Below, in pieces: positions 21,084-32,600 of a DNA stretch of 64,000 nt; the first letter of the stretch is position 1, and each line of letters opens with the position of its first letter. The position numbers and the translations under genes are program-made. The notes below the pieces were generated by a model, which worked only from the letters and a program-made list of their open reading frames with translations, searched no databases and was not told the origin of the DNA. Where the stretch lies: contig JBBAOY010000005.1 of the NCBI GenBank assembly GCA_040401095.1, forward strand, positions 4,114-68,113. Reading direction: 5' to 3'. The stretch comes from Limnohabitans sp. (GTDB lineage: Bacteria > Pseudomonadota > Gammaproteobacteria > Burkholderiales > Burkholderiaceae_C).

Positions 21084-23279
21084 TTACTTTCTAGGCTTTC
21101 TGCTCTTGGCGCCTGCGCTCTTTTTCATACTCGCCTTGCCACTGGGCTTATTGACATCACGTGATTTAGAAGATTTCTCAGCTTCTCTGACAAACGGTTT
21201 TTTGGCAGAAGATTTGAACTTGGCCGCACCAGCCTCGTTTTTATCTTTACCAAAACGTGCTGTTAATTCTTCGTCATCTCGCATCAATCTGAAGTCAATT
21301 TTGCGGCCATCCAAATCGACGCGACTAACTTGCACCCGAACGCGCGAACCAATCGCATAACGAATACCAGAACGTTCACCACGCAACTCTTGCTTGGCTT
21401 CATCGAATCGGAAATATTCGCCGCCGAGCTCAGTGATGTGCACCAAACCCTCGACGTACATCGCATCTAAAGTCACGAACAAGCCAAAGCCTGTCGCAGA
21501 TGACACTACGCCGCTGTACTCTTCTCCCAAATGCTCGCGCATGTACTTGCATTTCAACCAAGCTTCCACATCTCGGCTAGCTTCGTCTGCACGGCGTTCA
21601 TTGGCACTGCAATGCAAACCAGCGGCTTCCCAAGCTTGCTGGTCAGCAGAAGTTTTTATTTTGATAACCGGCGATGTTTCTGGTTGGCGCACTTTGGAAG
21701 CCAAACGGCGTGCCAATTTTGCATGCGCTTCTCCAGGCGTTGGCAAGGCGGGCAACTGGTAACGGCGTTTTTCTAAGATGGCTTTGATCACCCGATGCAC
21801 CAATAAATCTGGGTAGCGGCGGATCGGGCTGGTGAAGTGCGTGTAGGCCTCAAAAGCCAAACCAAAATGACCGCTATTGATCGGCGTATAAATCGCCTGC
21901 TGCATAGAGCGCAACAGCATCGAGTGAATTTGTAATGCGTCAGGTCGCTCTTTAGTCGCCTCTGCAATAGCTTGAAACTCTGCGGGCTTGGGGTTGTCGG
22001 AGATATTCATTCCGATACCAGTGGCCTTGAGGTAATTGCGTAAGGTGTCTTTTTTCTCAGGCGTTGGGCCTTCGTGCACACGGAACAAACCGGAGTTCTT
22101 GCTCTGCAAAATAAAGTCTGCACTACACACGTTGGCCGCAAGCATCGCTTCTTCAATCAACTTGTGAGCATCATTACGAACACGCGGGACGATCTTTTCA
22201 ATACGGCCACTGTCGTCACACACAATTTGTGTCTCGGTCGTTTCAAAATCGATTGCGCCCCTAGCTTTGCGCGCTTGCAGCAAAGCGCCATACACATCGT
22301 GCAAATGGATCAAATCGTTGACGCGGTCTTTTCTGCGTGCAGCCTCGGGGCCGCGCGTATTGGCCAAAATGGCAGCCACTTCGGTGTAAGTAAACCGTGC
22401 ATGGCTAAACATCACAGCGGGATAAAACTGGTAGGCATGCACTTCACCCGATGTGGTGATCAACATATCGCACACCATGCACAAGCGCTCGACATCCGGG
22501 TTGAGCGAACACAAGCCGTTGGATAGTTTCTCAGGCAGCATAGGAATCACACGCCGCGGGAAATAAACACTGGTGGCGCGGTCGTATGCATCAATATCTA
22601 TCGCGCTGCCAGTCTCTACATAGTGGCTCACATCGGCAATTGCAACCAATAAACGCCAACCCTTAGAACGGCCCACTTTGACAGGTTCGCAATACACCGC
22701 ATCATCGAAATCACGCGCATCTTCACCGTCAATAGTGACCAACGGAATATCGGTGAGATCAACACGGTTCTTTTTATCTTGGGGTCGAACTTTGTCTGGC
22801 AGGCCGCGAGCAAGTGCTAAGCATGCTTCAGAAAACTCATGCGGCACACCATATTTGCGCACCGCGATTTCAATCTCCATACCTGGGTCATCGACCTCAC
22901 CCAATACTTCTTTGATGCGACCCACGGGTTGGCCATACAAACTTGGCGGCTCCGTTAATTCGACCACCACCACTTGGCCCACTGTTGCGCGTGCTGTTGC
23001 ACTTTTGGGAATCAAAACATCTTGGCCGTAGCGTTTGTCTTCAGGGGCAACTAACCAGACACCGCTTTCTTGCAAAAGTCTGCCGATGATGGGCTGCGTA
23101 GAGCGCTGCAAAATCTCCACTACGCGGCCTTCAGAGCGTCCTTTGCGATCAAACCGCACCACACGGGCCTTGACACGATCGCGGTGTAAAACAGCACGCA
23201 TTTCGTTTGGTGGTAAGTAAATATCTGGCAAACCATCGTCACGTTGAACAAAGCCATGTCCATCGCGATGGCCCGACAC
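21084..23279 (-). CDS. rnr: Ribonuclease R (starts at CSD1, no N-terminal HTH region; K-rich C-terminal tail)
   Basis: GHRDGHGFVQRDDGLPDIYLPPNEM cold-shock domain, RNB domain (DGEDARDFDDAVY) and S1 domain, with a basic tail. The first 53 codons of the track ORF translate the antisense of tRNA-Leu. The only plausible in-frame start before CSD1 is the GTG at 23279, with GGAAGAA upstream. Confidence 0.88.
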   Translation of the reverse strand: MSGHRDGHGFVQRDDGLPDIYLPPNEMRAVLHRDRVKARVVRFDRKGRSEGRVVEILQRSTQPIIGRLLQESGVWLVAPEDKRYGQDVLIPKSATARATVGQVVVVELTEPPSLYGQPVGRIKEVLGEVDDPGMEIEIAVRKYGVPHEFSEACLALARGLPDKVRPQDKKNRVDLTDIPLVTIDGEDARDFDDAVYCEPVKVGRSKGWRLLVAIADVSHYVETGSAIDIDAYDRATSVYFPRRVIPMLPEKLSNGLCSLNPDVERLCMVCDMLITTSGEVHAYQFYPAVMFSHARFTYTEVAAILANTRGPEAARRKDRVNDLIHLHDVYGALLQARKARGAIDFETTETQIVCDDSGRIEKIVPRVRNDAHKLIEEAMLAANVCSADFILQSKNSGLFRVHEGPTPEKKDTLRNYLKATGIGMNISDNPKPAEFQAIAEATKERPDALQIHSMLLRSMQQAIYTPINSGHFGLAFEAYTHFTSPIRRYPDLLVHRVIKAILEKRRYQLPALPTPGEAHAKLARRLASKVRQPETSPVIKIKTSADQQAWEAAGLHCSANERRADEASRDVEAWLKCKYMREHLGEEYSGVVSSATGFGLFVTLDAMYVEGLVHITELGGEYFRFDEAKQELRGERSGIRYAIGSRVRVQVSRVDLDGRKIDFRLMRDDEELTARFGKDKNEAGAAKFKSSAKKPFVREAEKSSKSRDVNKPSGKASMKKSAGAKSRKPRK

Positions 23280-23352
23280 AGTGCCTTCGAATTCTTCCAG
23301 TAAACCACTGGTTGGTGAGGTATGTTTGATAGAATGCCCTTCTTTCCTGAAA

Positions 23353-23437
<85 letters not shown>

Positions 23438-23456
23438 ATCCTAAATGATTTATGCG

Positions 23457-24836
23457 TCAAATTGGCGACGCAATCAGGTCGTGACCTTGCGTTGAAACAA
23501 CTTTAGCGCGGGTAAATTCACCCACTTTCAAAACCTTGCTGATTTTTTCAGATGGCAACAAACGCACCACACCATCAATCTCTGGTGCTTCTGCGTAACT
23601 TCTTCCAACGCCGCCTTTTCTGCCGTTTCCTGGCGCAGAATCGATCAGCACTTGCAAGGTGTCACCCACTCTTTGTGTGAGTTTGTTCACGGAAACCTCT
23701 TCTGCCACTTGCATAAAACGCGCAGTTCGCTCTTGCCGCAAAGCTTGGGACAACATGCCAGGAATTTGGTTAGCCGTAGCGCCTTCAACAGGGCTGTATG
23801 CAAAACAACCAGCGCGATCAATTTTGGCTTCACGCATGAAGTCAAGCAAATGGTCGAACTCTTCTTCTGTTTCGCCCGGAAAGCCTGCGATGAACGTACT
23901 GCGAATAACAATTTGTGGACACATTTCACGCCAGCGTTCAATACGCTCTAAGTTTTTTTCACCACTGGCGGGACGCTTCATGCGCTTCAACACATCAGGG
24001 TGGCTATGCTGAAAAGGTACATCCAAATATGGAAGCACTTGCCCAGTAGCCATCAAAGGAATGATGTCGTCAACGCTTGGATACGGATAAACATAGTGCA
24101 AACGGACCCAAGCGCCATAGCTCTGCGCAATGTCGCCTAAAGCTTTTGCAAGTTCCAGCGTTTTGGTTTTGATGGGTTTGCCATCCCAAAAACCAGTGCG
24201 GTATTGCACATCAACACCATAAGCAGAGGTGTCTTGGCTGATCACCAATAACTCTTTAACACCACTCTCAAACAAAGCATGCGCTTCTTTCAACACATCG
24301 CCAATGGGGCGACTGACTAAGTCTCCGCGCATGGAAGGGATGATGCAAAAAGTACAGCGGTGGTTACAGCCTTCGCTGATCTTGAGATAGGCGTAATGCT
24401 TGGGCGTGAGTTTGACGCCTGTATCAACGTTGTGCGGCGGTATGAGGTCTATAAAAGCATCATGCGGTTTAGGCAAATGCAGATGTACCGCGTCCATCAC
24501 CTCTTGTGTAGCGTGCGGGCCGGTGACGGCGAGAACGCTGGGATGCAACGCTCGCACCATATTGCCGCCATCTGTGTTGGATCTTGCACCTAAACAGCCT
24601 GTGACGATCACTTTGCCGTTGGCGGCTAATGCTTCGCCAATGGTGTCTAAGCTTTCTTTGACAGCGTCGTCGATAAAGCCGCAGGTGTTCACGATCACCA
24701 AGTCAGCACCCTCAAAAGTTTTTGAGGTTTGATAGCCTTGTGCGCTTAATTGCGTCAATATGAGCTCAGAGTCTGTCAACGCCTTGGGACAGCCCAAGCT
24801 CACAAAACCCACTTTGGGAATGTGTGCCGTATTCAT
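23457..24836 (-). CDS. rimO: Ribosomal protein S12 methylthiotransferase RimO
   Basis: [20 protein letters not shown] start, radical-SAM CNHRCTFC motif and a C-terminal TRAM domain. The first 22 codons of the track ORF are tRNA-Val sequence. Confidence 0.93.
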   Translation of the reverse strand: MNTAHIPKVGFVSLGCPKALTDSELILTQLSAQGYQTSKTFEGADLVIVNTCGFIDDAVKESLDTIGEALAANGKVIVTGCLGARSNTDGGNMVRALHPSVLAVTGPHATQEVMDAVHLHLPKPHDAFIDLIPPHNVDTGVKLTPKHYAYLKISEGCNHRCTFCIIPSMRGDLVSRPIGDVLKEAHALFESGVKELLVISQDTSAYGVDVQYRTGFWDGKPIKTKTLELAKALGDIAQSYGAWVRLHYVYPYPSVDDIIPLMATGQVLPYLDVPFQHSHPDVLKRMKRPASGEKNLERIERWREMCPQIVIRSTFIAGFPGETEEEFDHLLDFMREAKIDRAGCFAYSPVEGATANQIPGMLSQALRQERTARFMQVAEEVSVNKLTQRVGDTLQVLIDSAPGNGRKGGVGRSYAEAPEIDGVVRLLPSEKISKVLKVGEFTRAKVVSTQGHDLIASPI

Positions 24837-24857
24837 ACTCTGTGGGATTGGAAAAAT

Positions 24858-24934
24858 TGGTAGGCGCGATTGGACTCGAACCAACGACCCCCACCATGTC
24901 AAGGTGGTGCTCTAACCAGCTGAGCTACGCGCCT
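24858..24934 (-). tRNA. tRNA-Val (anticodon GAC), encoded CCA
   Basis: Minus-strand read: AGGCGCGTAGCTCAGCTGGTTAGAGCACCACCTTGACATGGTGGGGGTCGTTGGTTCGAGTCCAATCGCGCCTACCA. Anticodon stem CCACC/GGTGG with loop TTGACAT. Confidence 0.92.
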
Positions 24935-24964
24935 AAATGTCCGAAGCGACGAGTGTAGCAGACT

Positions 24965-27124
24965 CTAACGTCTTCTAGCGTTGCGCACCCCTTTGACTTC
25001 CGCAATAAGGCCCAAAACTTTGTTGAGTTTGCGTGTATCAAACACCTCAACGGTAAAAGTCATCCAAGCCACTTCTTTGATCGATTGGGTTTGTACACCC
25101 ACCACATTCATTTTTTCTTTAGAAAAAACTTCAGAAATGTCTCTGAGCAAACCTTGTCTATCAAACGCCTCAATCGACACATCGACTTGGTAAGCCAGTG
25201 GCTGTGCAACTTTTGCATGGCTCCAAGTTACTTCAATGACGCGATCAGGATTTTTCCTTTCGATTTGCGCAAAGTTGGAACAATCCTCACGGTGAATGCT
25301 CACGCCTTTGCCGCGGGTCACAAAGCCTTTGATCTCATCGGGTGGCGCCGGTTTGCAGCACTTGGCCAACTGCGTCATCAACGAATCCATACCCACCACC
25401 AAAACACCGCCGTTTTCTGAAGGCTTGGTGGGCTTTGATTTTTTGAGCAGTATGTAGTCGTCAGGTGTGACGGTGGAGACTAATTGGGGTCTTAAAAATT
25501 GCTCAATCGCACGCAGAGAAAATTCCTCTTTACCAACGGATTCAAATAAGGCTTCAGAAGATTTAAATCCCAGTTGTCCTGAGAGCTCCTCTAAATTGGT
25601 ACTCGATTTACCTTCGCGTTGCAATAATTTTTCAACAACTTCGCGCCCCCTTAAAACTGTTTCTTGCAAAACTTGTGCATTGAACCAAGCGCGCACCTTT
25701 GCGCGAGCTCTGGCACTTACTAAAAAGCCCAACTCAGGATTAAGCCAGTCCCTAGACGGACCACCATCTTTGATGGCCGTGATGGAAACAGTTTGTCCAT
25801 TTTTAAGAACCGTATTCAAAGGCACCATTGCGCCATCAATATGCGCGCCACGACAACGGTGTCCTAAATTGGTGTGTAAGGTGTAAGCGAAATCAATAGG
25901 TGTTGCGCCCTCTGGCAGTTCCACCACTGCAGCCTCAGGTGTCAGCACATAAATTCGGTCAGGCGCAACCTGCGCATCTTGTTTGCCTTGGGATGGGTTG
26001 TTAGTAGTTTGCGAGTTGGCAGATGCCATGTCTCGTTCCCAAGCCAGCAATTGACGCAACACGGTAATTTTGGCGTCGTAGGCACCAGTGGCAGAAACAC
26101 CCGAATACCCTTTTTTGCCCGCCTCTTTATAGGCCCAATGCGCAGCAACACCATGTTCTGCATGGTCATGCATGCTTTGTGTTCGGATTTGAATCTCAAT
26201 GGCTTTGTGTTGTGCATCACGCACCACGGTATGCAGTGACTGGTAGCCATTTGATTTGGGCCGCGCAATGTAGTCGTTGAACTCTTCCACCATCGGTGCA
26301 TATTGGCTATGCACCCAGCTCAGTGCAGCGTAGCAATCGGGAACTGAGTCAACAAGAATACGAAAAGCACGAATATCTAAAACTCTTTCAAACCCAATGC
26401 CCTTGTCACGCATTTTTTTAACAATGCTGTAGATGTGTTTAGGCCGTCCATAAACTTTTGCTTCAATACCCTGCTCTTTCAAACCATGGGTAATAGACGC
26501 GCAAGTAAAAGCAATGTAATTCTCACGCTCAACGCGTTTTTCATCTAACCATTGCGCGACTTGGCGGTAAGTATCAGGTTCAGTAAATCTCAACGAAAGA
26601 TCTTCTAATTCCCATTTGATTTGCCATATGCCCAAGCGGTTGGCCAAAGGCGCAAAGACCTGCAAGGACTCTTGGGCCAAACCGATAGGTAAAGGTTTTT
26701 TAATAACCGAGTAGTAGCGCAAGGTTTGTAATCTTGACGCCAAACGCAGCATCACCACGCGTAAATCGCGTGAGAACGCTAACAACATCTTGCGTACGTT
26801 CTCTACACCCAGATCTGGTTGTGCTTCCTCATTTGCAGACAGCCGCGCTTGCCTCTGAATGCGTATCAAACGGGAAGTTTCTATCGCTAAAGCGGCCAAA
26901 CTTGCACCAAACGCCTTACCAATCACATCTTCAGGCTTAGCCAGATGGTCGCAGGCATAGACCAAGTAACAAGCGGCTTGCATGTCTTGCGAGTCACCCA
27001 TGTGCGCAAGCATCTCGACCATTGCATCGGCATGGGCCATCACATCCTCTCCGCTATCGAAGGCGCTTCCTTCTAATAACGGTTGGGCAAAATTCCTAGC
27101 CTTTTGTAAAACTCCGTCTTCCAT
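24965..27124 (-). CDS. relA: GTP pyrophosphokinase, RelA-type (p)ppGpp synthetase with degenerate hydrolase domain
   Basis: 719 aa. RelA/SpoT synthetase core (YRSLHTVV-type: NGYQSLHTVVRD, IEIQIRTQSMH), TGS domain and ACT domain. The N-terminal region lacks the HD catalytic dyad. Confidence 0.88.
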   Translation of the reverse strand: MEDGVLQKARNFAQPLLEGSAFDSGEDVMAHADAMVEMLAHMGDSQDMQAACYLVYACDHLAKPEDVIGKAFGASLAALAIETSRLIRIQRQARLSANEEAQPDLGVENVRKMLLAFSRDLRVVMLRLASRLQTLRYYSVIKKPLPIGLAQESLQVFAPLANRLGIWQIKWELEDLSLRFTEPDTYRQVAQWLDEKRVERENYIAFTCASITHGLKEQGIEAKVYGRPKHIYSIVKKMRDKGIGFERVLDIRAFRILVDSVPDCYAALSWVHSQYAPMVEEFNDYIARPKSNGYQSLHTVVRDAQHKAIEIQIRTQSMHDHAEHGVAAHWAYKEAGKKGYSGVSATGAYDAKITVLRQLLAWERDMASANSQTTNNPSQGKQDAQVAPDRIYVLTPEAAVVELPEGATPIDFAYTLHTNLGHRCRGAHIDGAMVPLNTVLKNGQTVSITAIKDGGPSRDWLNPELGFLVSARARAKVRAWFNAQVLQETVLRGREVVEKLLQREGKSSTNLEELSGQLGFKSSEALFESVGKEEFSLRAIEQFLRPQLVSTVTPDDYILLKKSKPTKPSENGGVLVVGMDSLMTQLAKCCKPAPPDEIKGFVTRGKGVSIHREDCSNFAQIERKNPDRVIEVTWSHAKVAQPLAYQVDVSIEAFDRQGLLRDISEVFSKEKMNVVGVQTQSIKEVAWMTFTVEVFDTRKLNKVLGLIAEVKGVRNARRR

Positions 27125-27193
27125 TGCAAGTGTTTAAATTTCAAAACCTCATAATGTCACAAGTTTTTTATTATTTTCAAAAGGGTTCTAAAA

Positions 27194-27976
27194 ATGTCTT
27201 CATTTCAGCTTGCAGGTAAAACCGCATTGGTCACTGGTTCCACCAGCGGTATCGGATTAGGCATTGCGATTGCGCTCGCCAAAGAAGGTGCCAATATCGT
27301 GATGAATGGCTTTGGTGATGTCGCAGGCCCCAAAGCAGCAATTGAAGCTTGCAATGTCAAAGTTGCCCACCACCCTGCAGATATGAGCAAGGCCAGCGAT
27401 ATCCAAGACATGATGGAATTTGCCAAAACACAATTTGGGGGTGTAGATATTTTGGTCAATAACGCTGGTATCCAGCATGTGTCCTCCATAGAAAACTTCC
27501 CAATTGAAAAATGGGACGCCATCATCGCCATCAACCTCACCAGCGCATTCCATACCTCGCGCTTAGCGATTCCCCACATGCAGCAAAAAAACTGGGGGCG
27601 CATTATCAATGTGGCTTCTGTTCATGGATTGGTGGCTTCAGCACAAAAGTCAGCTTATGTAGCCGCCAAACACGGCATCGTCGGATTGACCAAAGTAACT
27701 GCTCTAGAAAATGCCACCACCGGCGTCACTTGCAACGCTATTTGTCCTGGCTGGGTTCTCACACCCTTGGTTCAAAAACAAGTCGATGCCAAAGCAACCG
27801 AATTAAAAATTTCTAATGAAGAAGCTACCAAGCTTTTATTGGGCGAGAAAGAACCATCGATGCAATTTACAACCCCAGAAGAGCTTGGCGCCTTAGCGGT
27901 GTTCATGTGCTCCAAGGCCGCAGACAACGTGCGTGGCGTGGCATGGAATATGGACGGCGGCTGGGCAGCGCAGTAA
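27194..27976 (+). CDS. bdhA: 3-hydroxybutyrate dehydrogenase (SDR)
   Basis: LAGKTALVTGSTSGIGLGIAIALAKEGANIVMNGFGD, the catalytic S...YVAAKHG motif, and C-terminus WNMDGGWAAQ typical of BdhA. Confidence 0.85.
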   Translation: MSSFQLAGKTALVTGSTSGIGLGIAIALAKEGANIVMNGFGDVAGPKAAIEACNVKVAHHPADMSKASDIQDMMEFAKTQFGGVDILVNNAGIQHVSSIENFPIEKWDAIIAINLTSAFHTSRLAIPHMQQKNWGRIINVASVHGLVASAQKSAYVAAKHGIVGLTKVTALENATTGVTCNAICPGWVLTPLVQKQVDAKATELKISNEEATKLLLGEKEPSMQFTTPEELGALAVFMCSKAADNVRGVAWNMDGGWAAQ

Positions 27977-28050
27977 TAATTAAATACTCAATTACCAATT
28001 TTTTAACCTATAATTAACCATAAAGGTAAAACAAATGTTAACTTAGCGGA

Positions 28051-28461
28051 ATGAAACGCACCCCTCCCATCAAAGAAACTTCTAAGTTCGCAGACCGCCT
28101 TCGATCCGCCCTTAAAGAAGCAGGCATTCGCCCCTCCGCCACCGTCGTTGCGAACGAATTCAATTTACGTTACTGGGGTGATGGCATCACGTCCCATGCG
28201 GCACGCAATTGGTTGATGGGTGTTTCAGTTCCCAAGCAAGATAAGTTACTCATCTTGTGCAAATGGCTCAAAATTTCCCCAGAGGGTTTGCTTTTTGGCA
28301 CACCGCCCTCCAAGTCGCTCGACAAAAATATCGCTGAAGACAAGGTCAACCTGATTGACCAGCAACTCATCGTTAAATATTTGTTGCTCAAATGTGAGCA
28401 AAAACGCATCGTGCGCGAAATAGTAGACGGCCTAGTCGCCCTTCACCCCAAAAATCAATAA
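28051..28461 (+). CDS. XRE/Cro-C1-type helix-turn-helix protein, function unknown
   Basis: 136 aa. The N-terminal [71 protein letters not shown] fits an HTH_XRE fold. The C-terminal roughly 50 aa are unassigned. Stand-alone gene with an AT-rich upstream region. Confidence 0.55.
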   Translation: MKRTPPIKETSKFADRLRSALKEAGIRPSATVVANEFNLRYWGDGITSHAARNWLMGVSVPKQDKLLILCKWLKISPEGLLFGTPPSKSLDKNIAEDKVNLIDQQLIVKYLLLKCEQKRIVREIVDGLVALHPKNQ

Positions 28462-28937
28462 ATCAGCACTACGGCTCTGGCTTCCATAGCCAAGCCCTCT
28501 CCAACAGGGCCCATTTTTTCGGCGGTTTTGGCTTTTACGTTGACCTGCTTTGGGCTGATGTCTAAGGCTTGGGCGATCCGCTCGCACATAGCGGGGATAA
28601 AACTCGCTAACTTGGGAGCCTGTGCAATGACTGTTGCATCAATGTTGCCAATGCCATGGCCATTGGTTTTTAACAACTGACCTACTTTTTGCAAAAGAAT
28701 CCAAGAGTCTGCATTTTTAAATTGCACGTCCGTGTCAGGAAAGTGCCGACCGATATCACCCAACGCTGCAGCGCCAAGCAGGGCGTCGGTAATTGCATGA
28801 AGCAATACATCTGCATCCGAATGGCCCAATAGGCCGTGGGTATGCGGAATCTGCACACCACCTAGAACTAGGGCTCGCCCAGTCACTAGTGCATGTGTAT
28901 CCCATCCCTCTCCTATTCGAAATTTAATCTGTTCCAT
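28455..28937 (-). CDS. ispF: 2-C-methyl-D-erythritol 2,4-cyclodiphosphate synthase
   Basis: [50 protein letters not shown]. Confidence 0.96.
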   Translation of the reverse strand: MEQIKFRIGEGWDTHALVTGRALVLGGVQIPHTHGLLGHSDADVLLHAITDALLGAAALGDIGRHFPDTDVQFKNADSWILLQKVGQLLKTNGHGIGNIDATVIAQAPKLASFIPAMCERIAQALDISPKQVNVKAKTAEKMGPVGEGLAMEARAVVLIY

Positions 28938-29655
28938 GTAATTGCTTGTTTCGCATGTGAAAAATAGCTTCTGCTAGTGCAAAGTCTTGTGGATAGGTCA
29001 CTTTGAAATTATGGCTGTCGCAAGCCACCAGTAAGGGGTAGAAGCCCATCAACTCCATAGCAGACGATTCGTCTGTAACCGATGAACCCGCTTGCTCAAT
29101 AGCCAACTTGAGTAGACCAATTCGAAACATTTGTGGTGTTTGGGCTAACCATTTATCTGCACGACTCACGGTGCTGGCCACTCGATTTTGCTCTGCTGTC
29201 TTCAAGGTATCGGCCAAAGGTTGTGCAAGAAGTCCACCGACCGAGTCGTGTACCACGACGTCAATCAAATCTTCAATTTGCTGTGGTGTGATCAAACAGC
29301 GTGCTGCGTCATGCACTAACACCCAATCATCCGATTTCGCGCCTTGTGCAAGTAAAGTATTCAAGCCTGCCAAAACGGTGTCGGAACGTTGCGCTCCGCC
29401 AACTTGCGCCACATGGAATTTTGAAATCTCGTATTTTTCAAGCAATCCCAATACACAGTTGTCGTTGGGGGCTACAACAACCAAACCTTGCTTGATGCGT
29501 GAAACAGCACCGAACGCACGCAATGCGTGGATCACCATAGGAATGCCTGCAATGCTGCGATATTGCTTCGGTTCAGAAGACCCAGCACGCGCGCCAGTCC
29601 CAGCACTTGGTATCAATGCATACAAATGTTGCGTTGTTGCAGAGTGAATAGACAT
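28924..29655 (-). CDS. ispD: 2-C-methyl-D-erythritol 4-phosphate cytidylyltransferase
   Basis: [14 protein letters not shown]...KQY P-loop-like motif. Overlaps the ispF start. Confidence 0.92.
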   Translation of the reverse strand: MSIHSATTQHLYALIPSAGTGARAGSSEPKQYRSIAGIPMVIHALRAFGAVSRIKQGLVVVAPNDNCVLGLLEKYEISKFHVAQVGGAQRSDTVLAGLNTLLAQGAKSDDWVLVHDAARCLITPQQIEDLIDVVVHDSVGGLLAQPLADTLKTAEQNRVASTVSRADKWLAQTPQMFRIGLLKLAIEQAGSSVTDESSAMELMGFYPLLVACDSHNFKVTYPQDFALAEAIFHMRNKQLHGTD

Positions 29656-29678
29656 GGTGTCATTCTAGAATCAACCCA

Positions 29679-32600
29679 ATGCACCTGCCTTCATTGAGTA
29701 CCGGCAAACGATTTGCCATTGATCGCCCTGTTGGCTCAGCCGATGCGCTATGGCTTGCTAAATTGGGCGCACAAGAAAAAAACAAAAAGACCCAAGTCGC
29801 GATCGTCACTGCCGATGCTGCGGACGCACACCGTCTGCAAGATGAAATATCTTTCTTCGCACCCGATGTGCGTTGTGTGCTGTTTCCTGATTGGGAAACT
29901 CTACCCTACGACAGCTTCTCGCCACATCAAGATCTGATCAGTGAGCGCCTAGCGACCCTGTGGCGTATTTCACAGGGCGATGCCGACGTCATTTTGATTC
30001 CTGCGACCACTGCGCTTTATCGGCTTGCCCCCCCTTCTTTCTTGGCGGGTTACACATTTGAATTCAAAGTCAAACAGTCACTCGACGAGACCAAGTTCAA
30101 AGAGCAACTGAGTTTGGCGGGCTACAGCCATGTCACGCAAGTTGTCAGTCCTGGTGAATATGCGGTGCGCGGTGGCTTGATCGATTTATTTCCGATGGGC
30201 TCTTTGGTGCCCTACCGCGTCGATTTATTCGACAACGAAATCGATTCAATCCGGACCTTTGACCCGGACAGTCAGCGTAGTTTGTACCCCGTGCCTGAAG
30301 TGCGACTGCTTCCTGGGCGCGAGTTCCCCATGGACCAAGATGCGCGTGGGCTCTTTCGTAAACGTTGGCGTGAGTTGTTGGAAGGTGACCCGACCAAAAG
30401 CCGTATCTACAAAGATATTGGAAATGGCGTCGCGACTGCAGGTATTGAGTATTACTTGCCCTTGTTCTTTGAGGAAACTGCTACGGTCTTCAATTACCTC
30501 AGCCCTTCCGCCATCGTGGTGTTGCATGGTGAACTAGAACCAGTTTTTCAACGCTTTTGGCAAGACACACAAGAGCGCTACCGATTGGTGCAAGGCGACC
30601 CTGAGAGACCTGCGCTATCGCCTGCCAGTTTGTTTTTAAGCGCAGAACAGTTTTTTGCGACGGCCAACCAATACGCACAACTCGCACTGCGTCCTTACAA
30701 CGCCGCGGGTAGTGAAACGATATTTGCCCAATCACTGCCAGATTTGATGGTGGTTCGCGGTGCGACCGATCCACTTGAACGCTTAGAGTTATATGCCAAA
30801 AACACGGCGCATCGCCTGTTGATATTGGCTGAAAGCAATGGACGACGAGAAAGCCTGTTAGATTTTTTGCGCGCAAGCGAACTCAGTCCAGTTGTCTTTG
30901 AATCTTTAGAAGATTTCGAAAAATCCCAAGAAAAAATTGGCATTGCCACCTCGCACTTACAAGTGGGATTTAGCTGGCTAGAAACCGGCATCGACTTCAT
31001 CACTGAAACAGAACTGTTTGCTATTGCACCTGCCGCGCGCAGAAGAAAAAAGCAAGAACAGGTCAGCGATGTTGAAGCCCTAATCAAAGATTTATCAGAA
31101 CTCAATGTCGGCGACCCAGTCGTTCACAACGCCCATGGCATTGGGCGCTACCGTGGTTTGATCAATATGGACCTGGGTGAGAAGACAACAGAAGGCCTTC
31201 CCGTTTTGCAAGAGTTCTTGCATCTGGAATATGCCGACCAAGCTGTGTTGTATGTACCCGTGAGCCAGTTGCATTTGATTGGTCGCTACACAGGCGTGAG
31301 CGCCGACGAAGCCCCTTTGCACAAACTGGGCTCCGCCCAATGGGACAAAGCCAAACGTCGTGCAGCCGAGCAAGTGCGAGACGCTGCGGCCGAATTACTC
31401 AACATCTACGCCAGACGCGCAGCACGGGTCGGACACCCGTTTCGCTACTCACCACAAGATTACGAAACCTTTGCCAACGATTTTGGTTTTGAAGAAACCG
31501 CTGACCAACGCGCCGCTATTCACGCAGTCATACAAGACATGATCAGCCCACGACCTATGGACAGATTGGTCTGCGGAGACGTGGGTTTTGGTAAAACCGA
31601 AGTGGCACTACGCGCAGCTTTTGTGGCAGTCACGGGCGGCAAACAAGTGGCTTTTTTAGCGCCAACCACTTTGCTTGCCGAACAACATTTTCAAACGCTG
31701 ACTGACCGCTTTAGCAAGTGGCCCATCAAAATTGCGGAGATGAGTCGCTTTCGCTCTGCCAAAGAAATTACTTTGGCGGCCAAAGGATTGGCAGACGGGC
31801 AAGTCGATATCGTGGTGGGCACACACAAGCTTTTGAGCGAAAGCGTCAAGTTCAAGGACTTAGGGCTTTTGATCATCGACGAAGAGCATCGATTTGGTGT
31901 GCGCCATAAAGAAACGATGAAAGCTATTCGTGCAGAAGTAGATGTACTGACACTCACCGCGACCCCCATTCCACGTACTCTAGGCATGGCACTAGAAGGC
32001 TTGCGCGACCTTAGCGTCATCGCCACAGCACCACAAAGACGCTTAGCCATCAAAACTTTTGTACGTACCGAAGGTAACGGCGTTATACGTGAAGCAGTAT
32101 TGCGTGAACTCAAGCGTGGTGGCCAGTGCTATTTCTTGCACAACGAAGTCGACACCATCGAGAACCGTCGTGCGCGCTTAGAAGAACTTTTACCCGAAGC
32201 CCGCATTGCTATCGCACACGGACAAATGCCAGAGCGTGAGTTGGAGCGCGTGATGCGAGACTTCGTCGCGCAACGCTACAACGTATTGCTTTGCTCGACC
32301 ATCATTGAGACTGGCATTGACGTGCCAACTGCCAACACCATCATCATGAGCCGCGCTGATAAATTTGGCTTGGCCCAGTTGCACCAATTGCGCGGACGCG
32401 TCGGCCGCAGTCACCACCAGGCCTATGCTTATTTAATGGTGCCCGATATTGAATCGCTCACCAAACAAGCCACACAAAGACTAGATGCCATTCAACAAAT
32501 GGAAGAACTGGGATCTGGTTTTTACTTGGCCATGCACGACCTCGAGATCCGCGGTGCTGGCGAAGTCCTAGGCGAAAGCCAAAGCGGCAATATGCTGGAA

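Noticed and set aside
24837-24902. N-terminal 22 codons of the rimO ORF as given in the ORF track
   Set aside because: [13 protein letters not shown] is the translation of tRNA-Val DNA. The conserved RimO N-terminus begins at [17 protein letters not shown].
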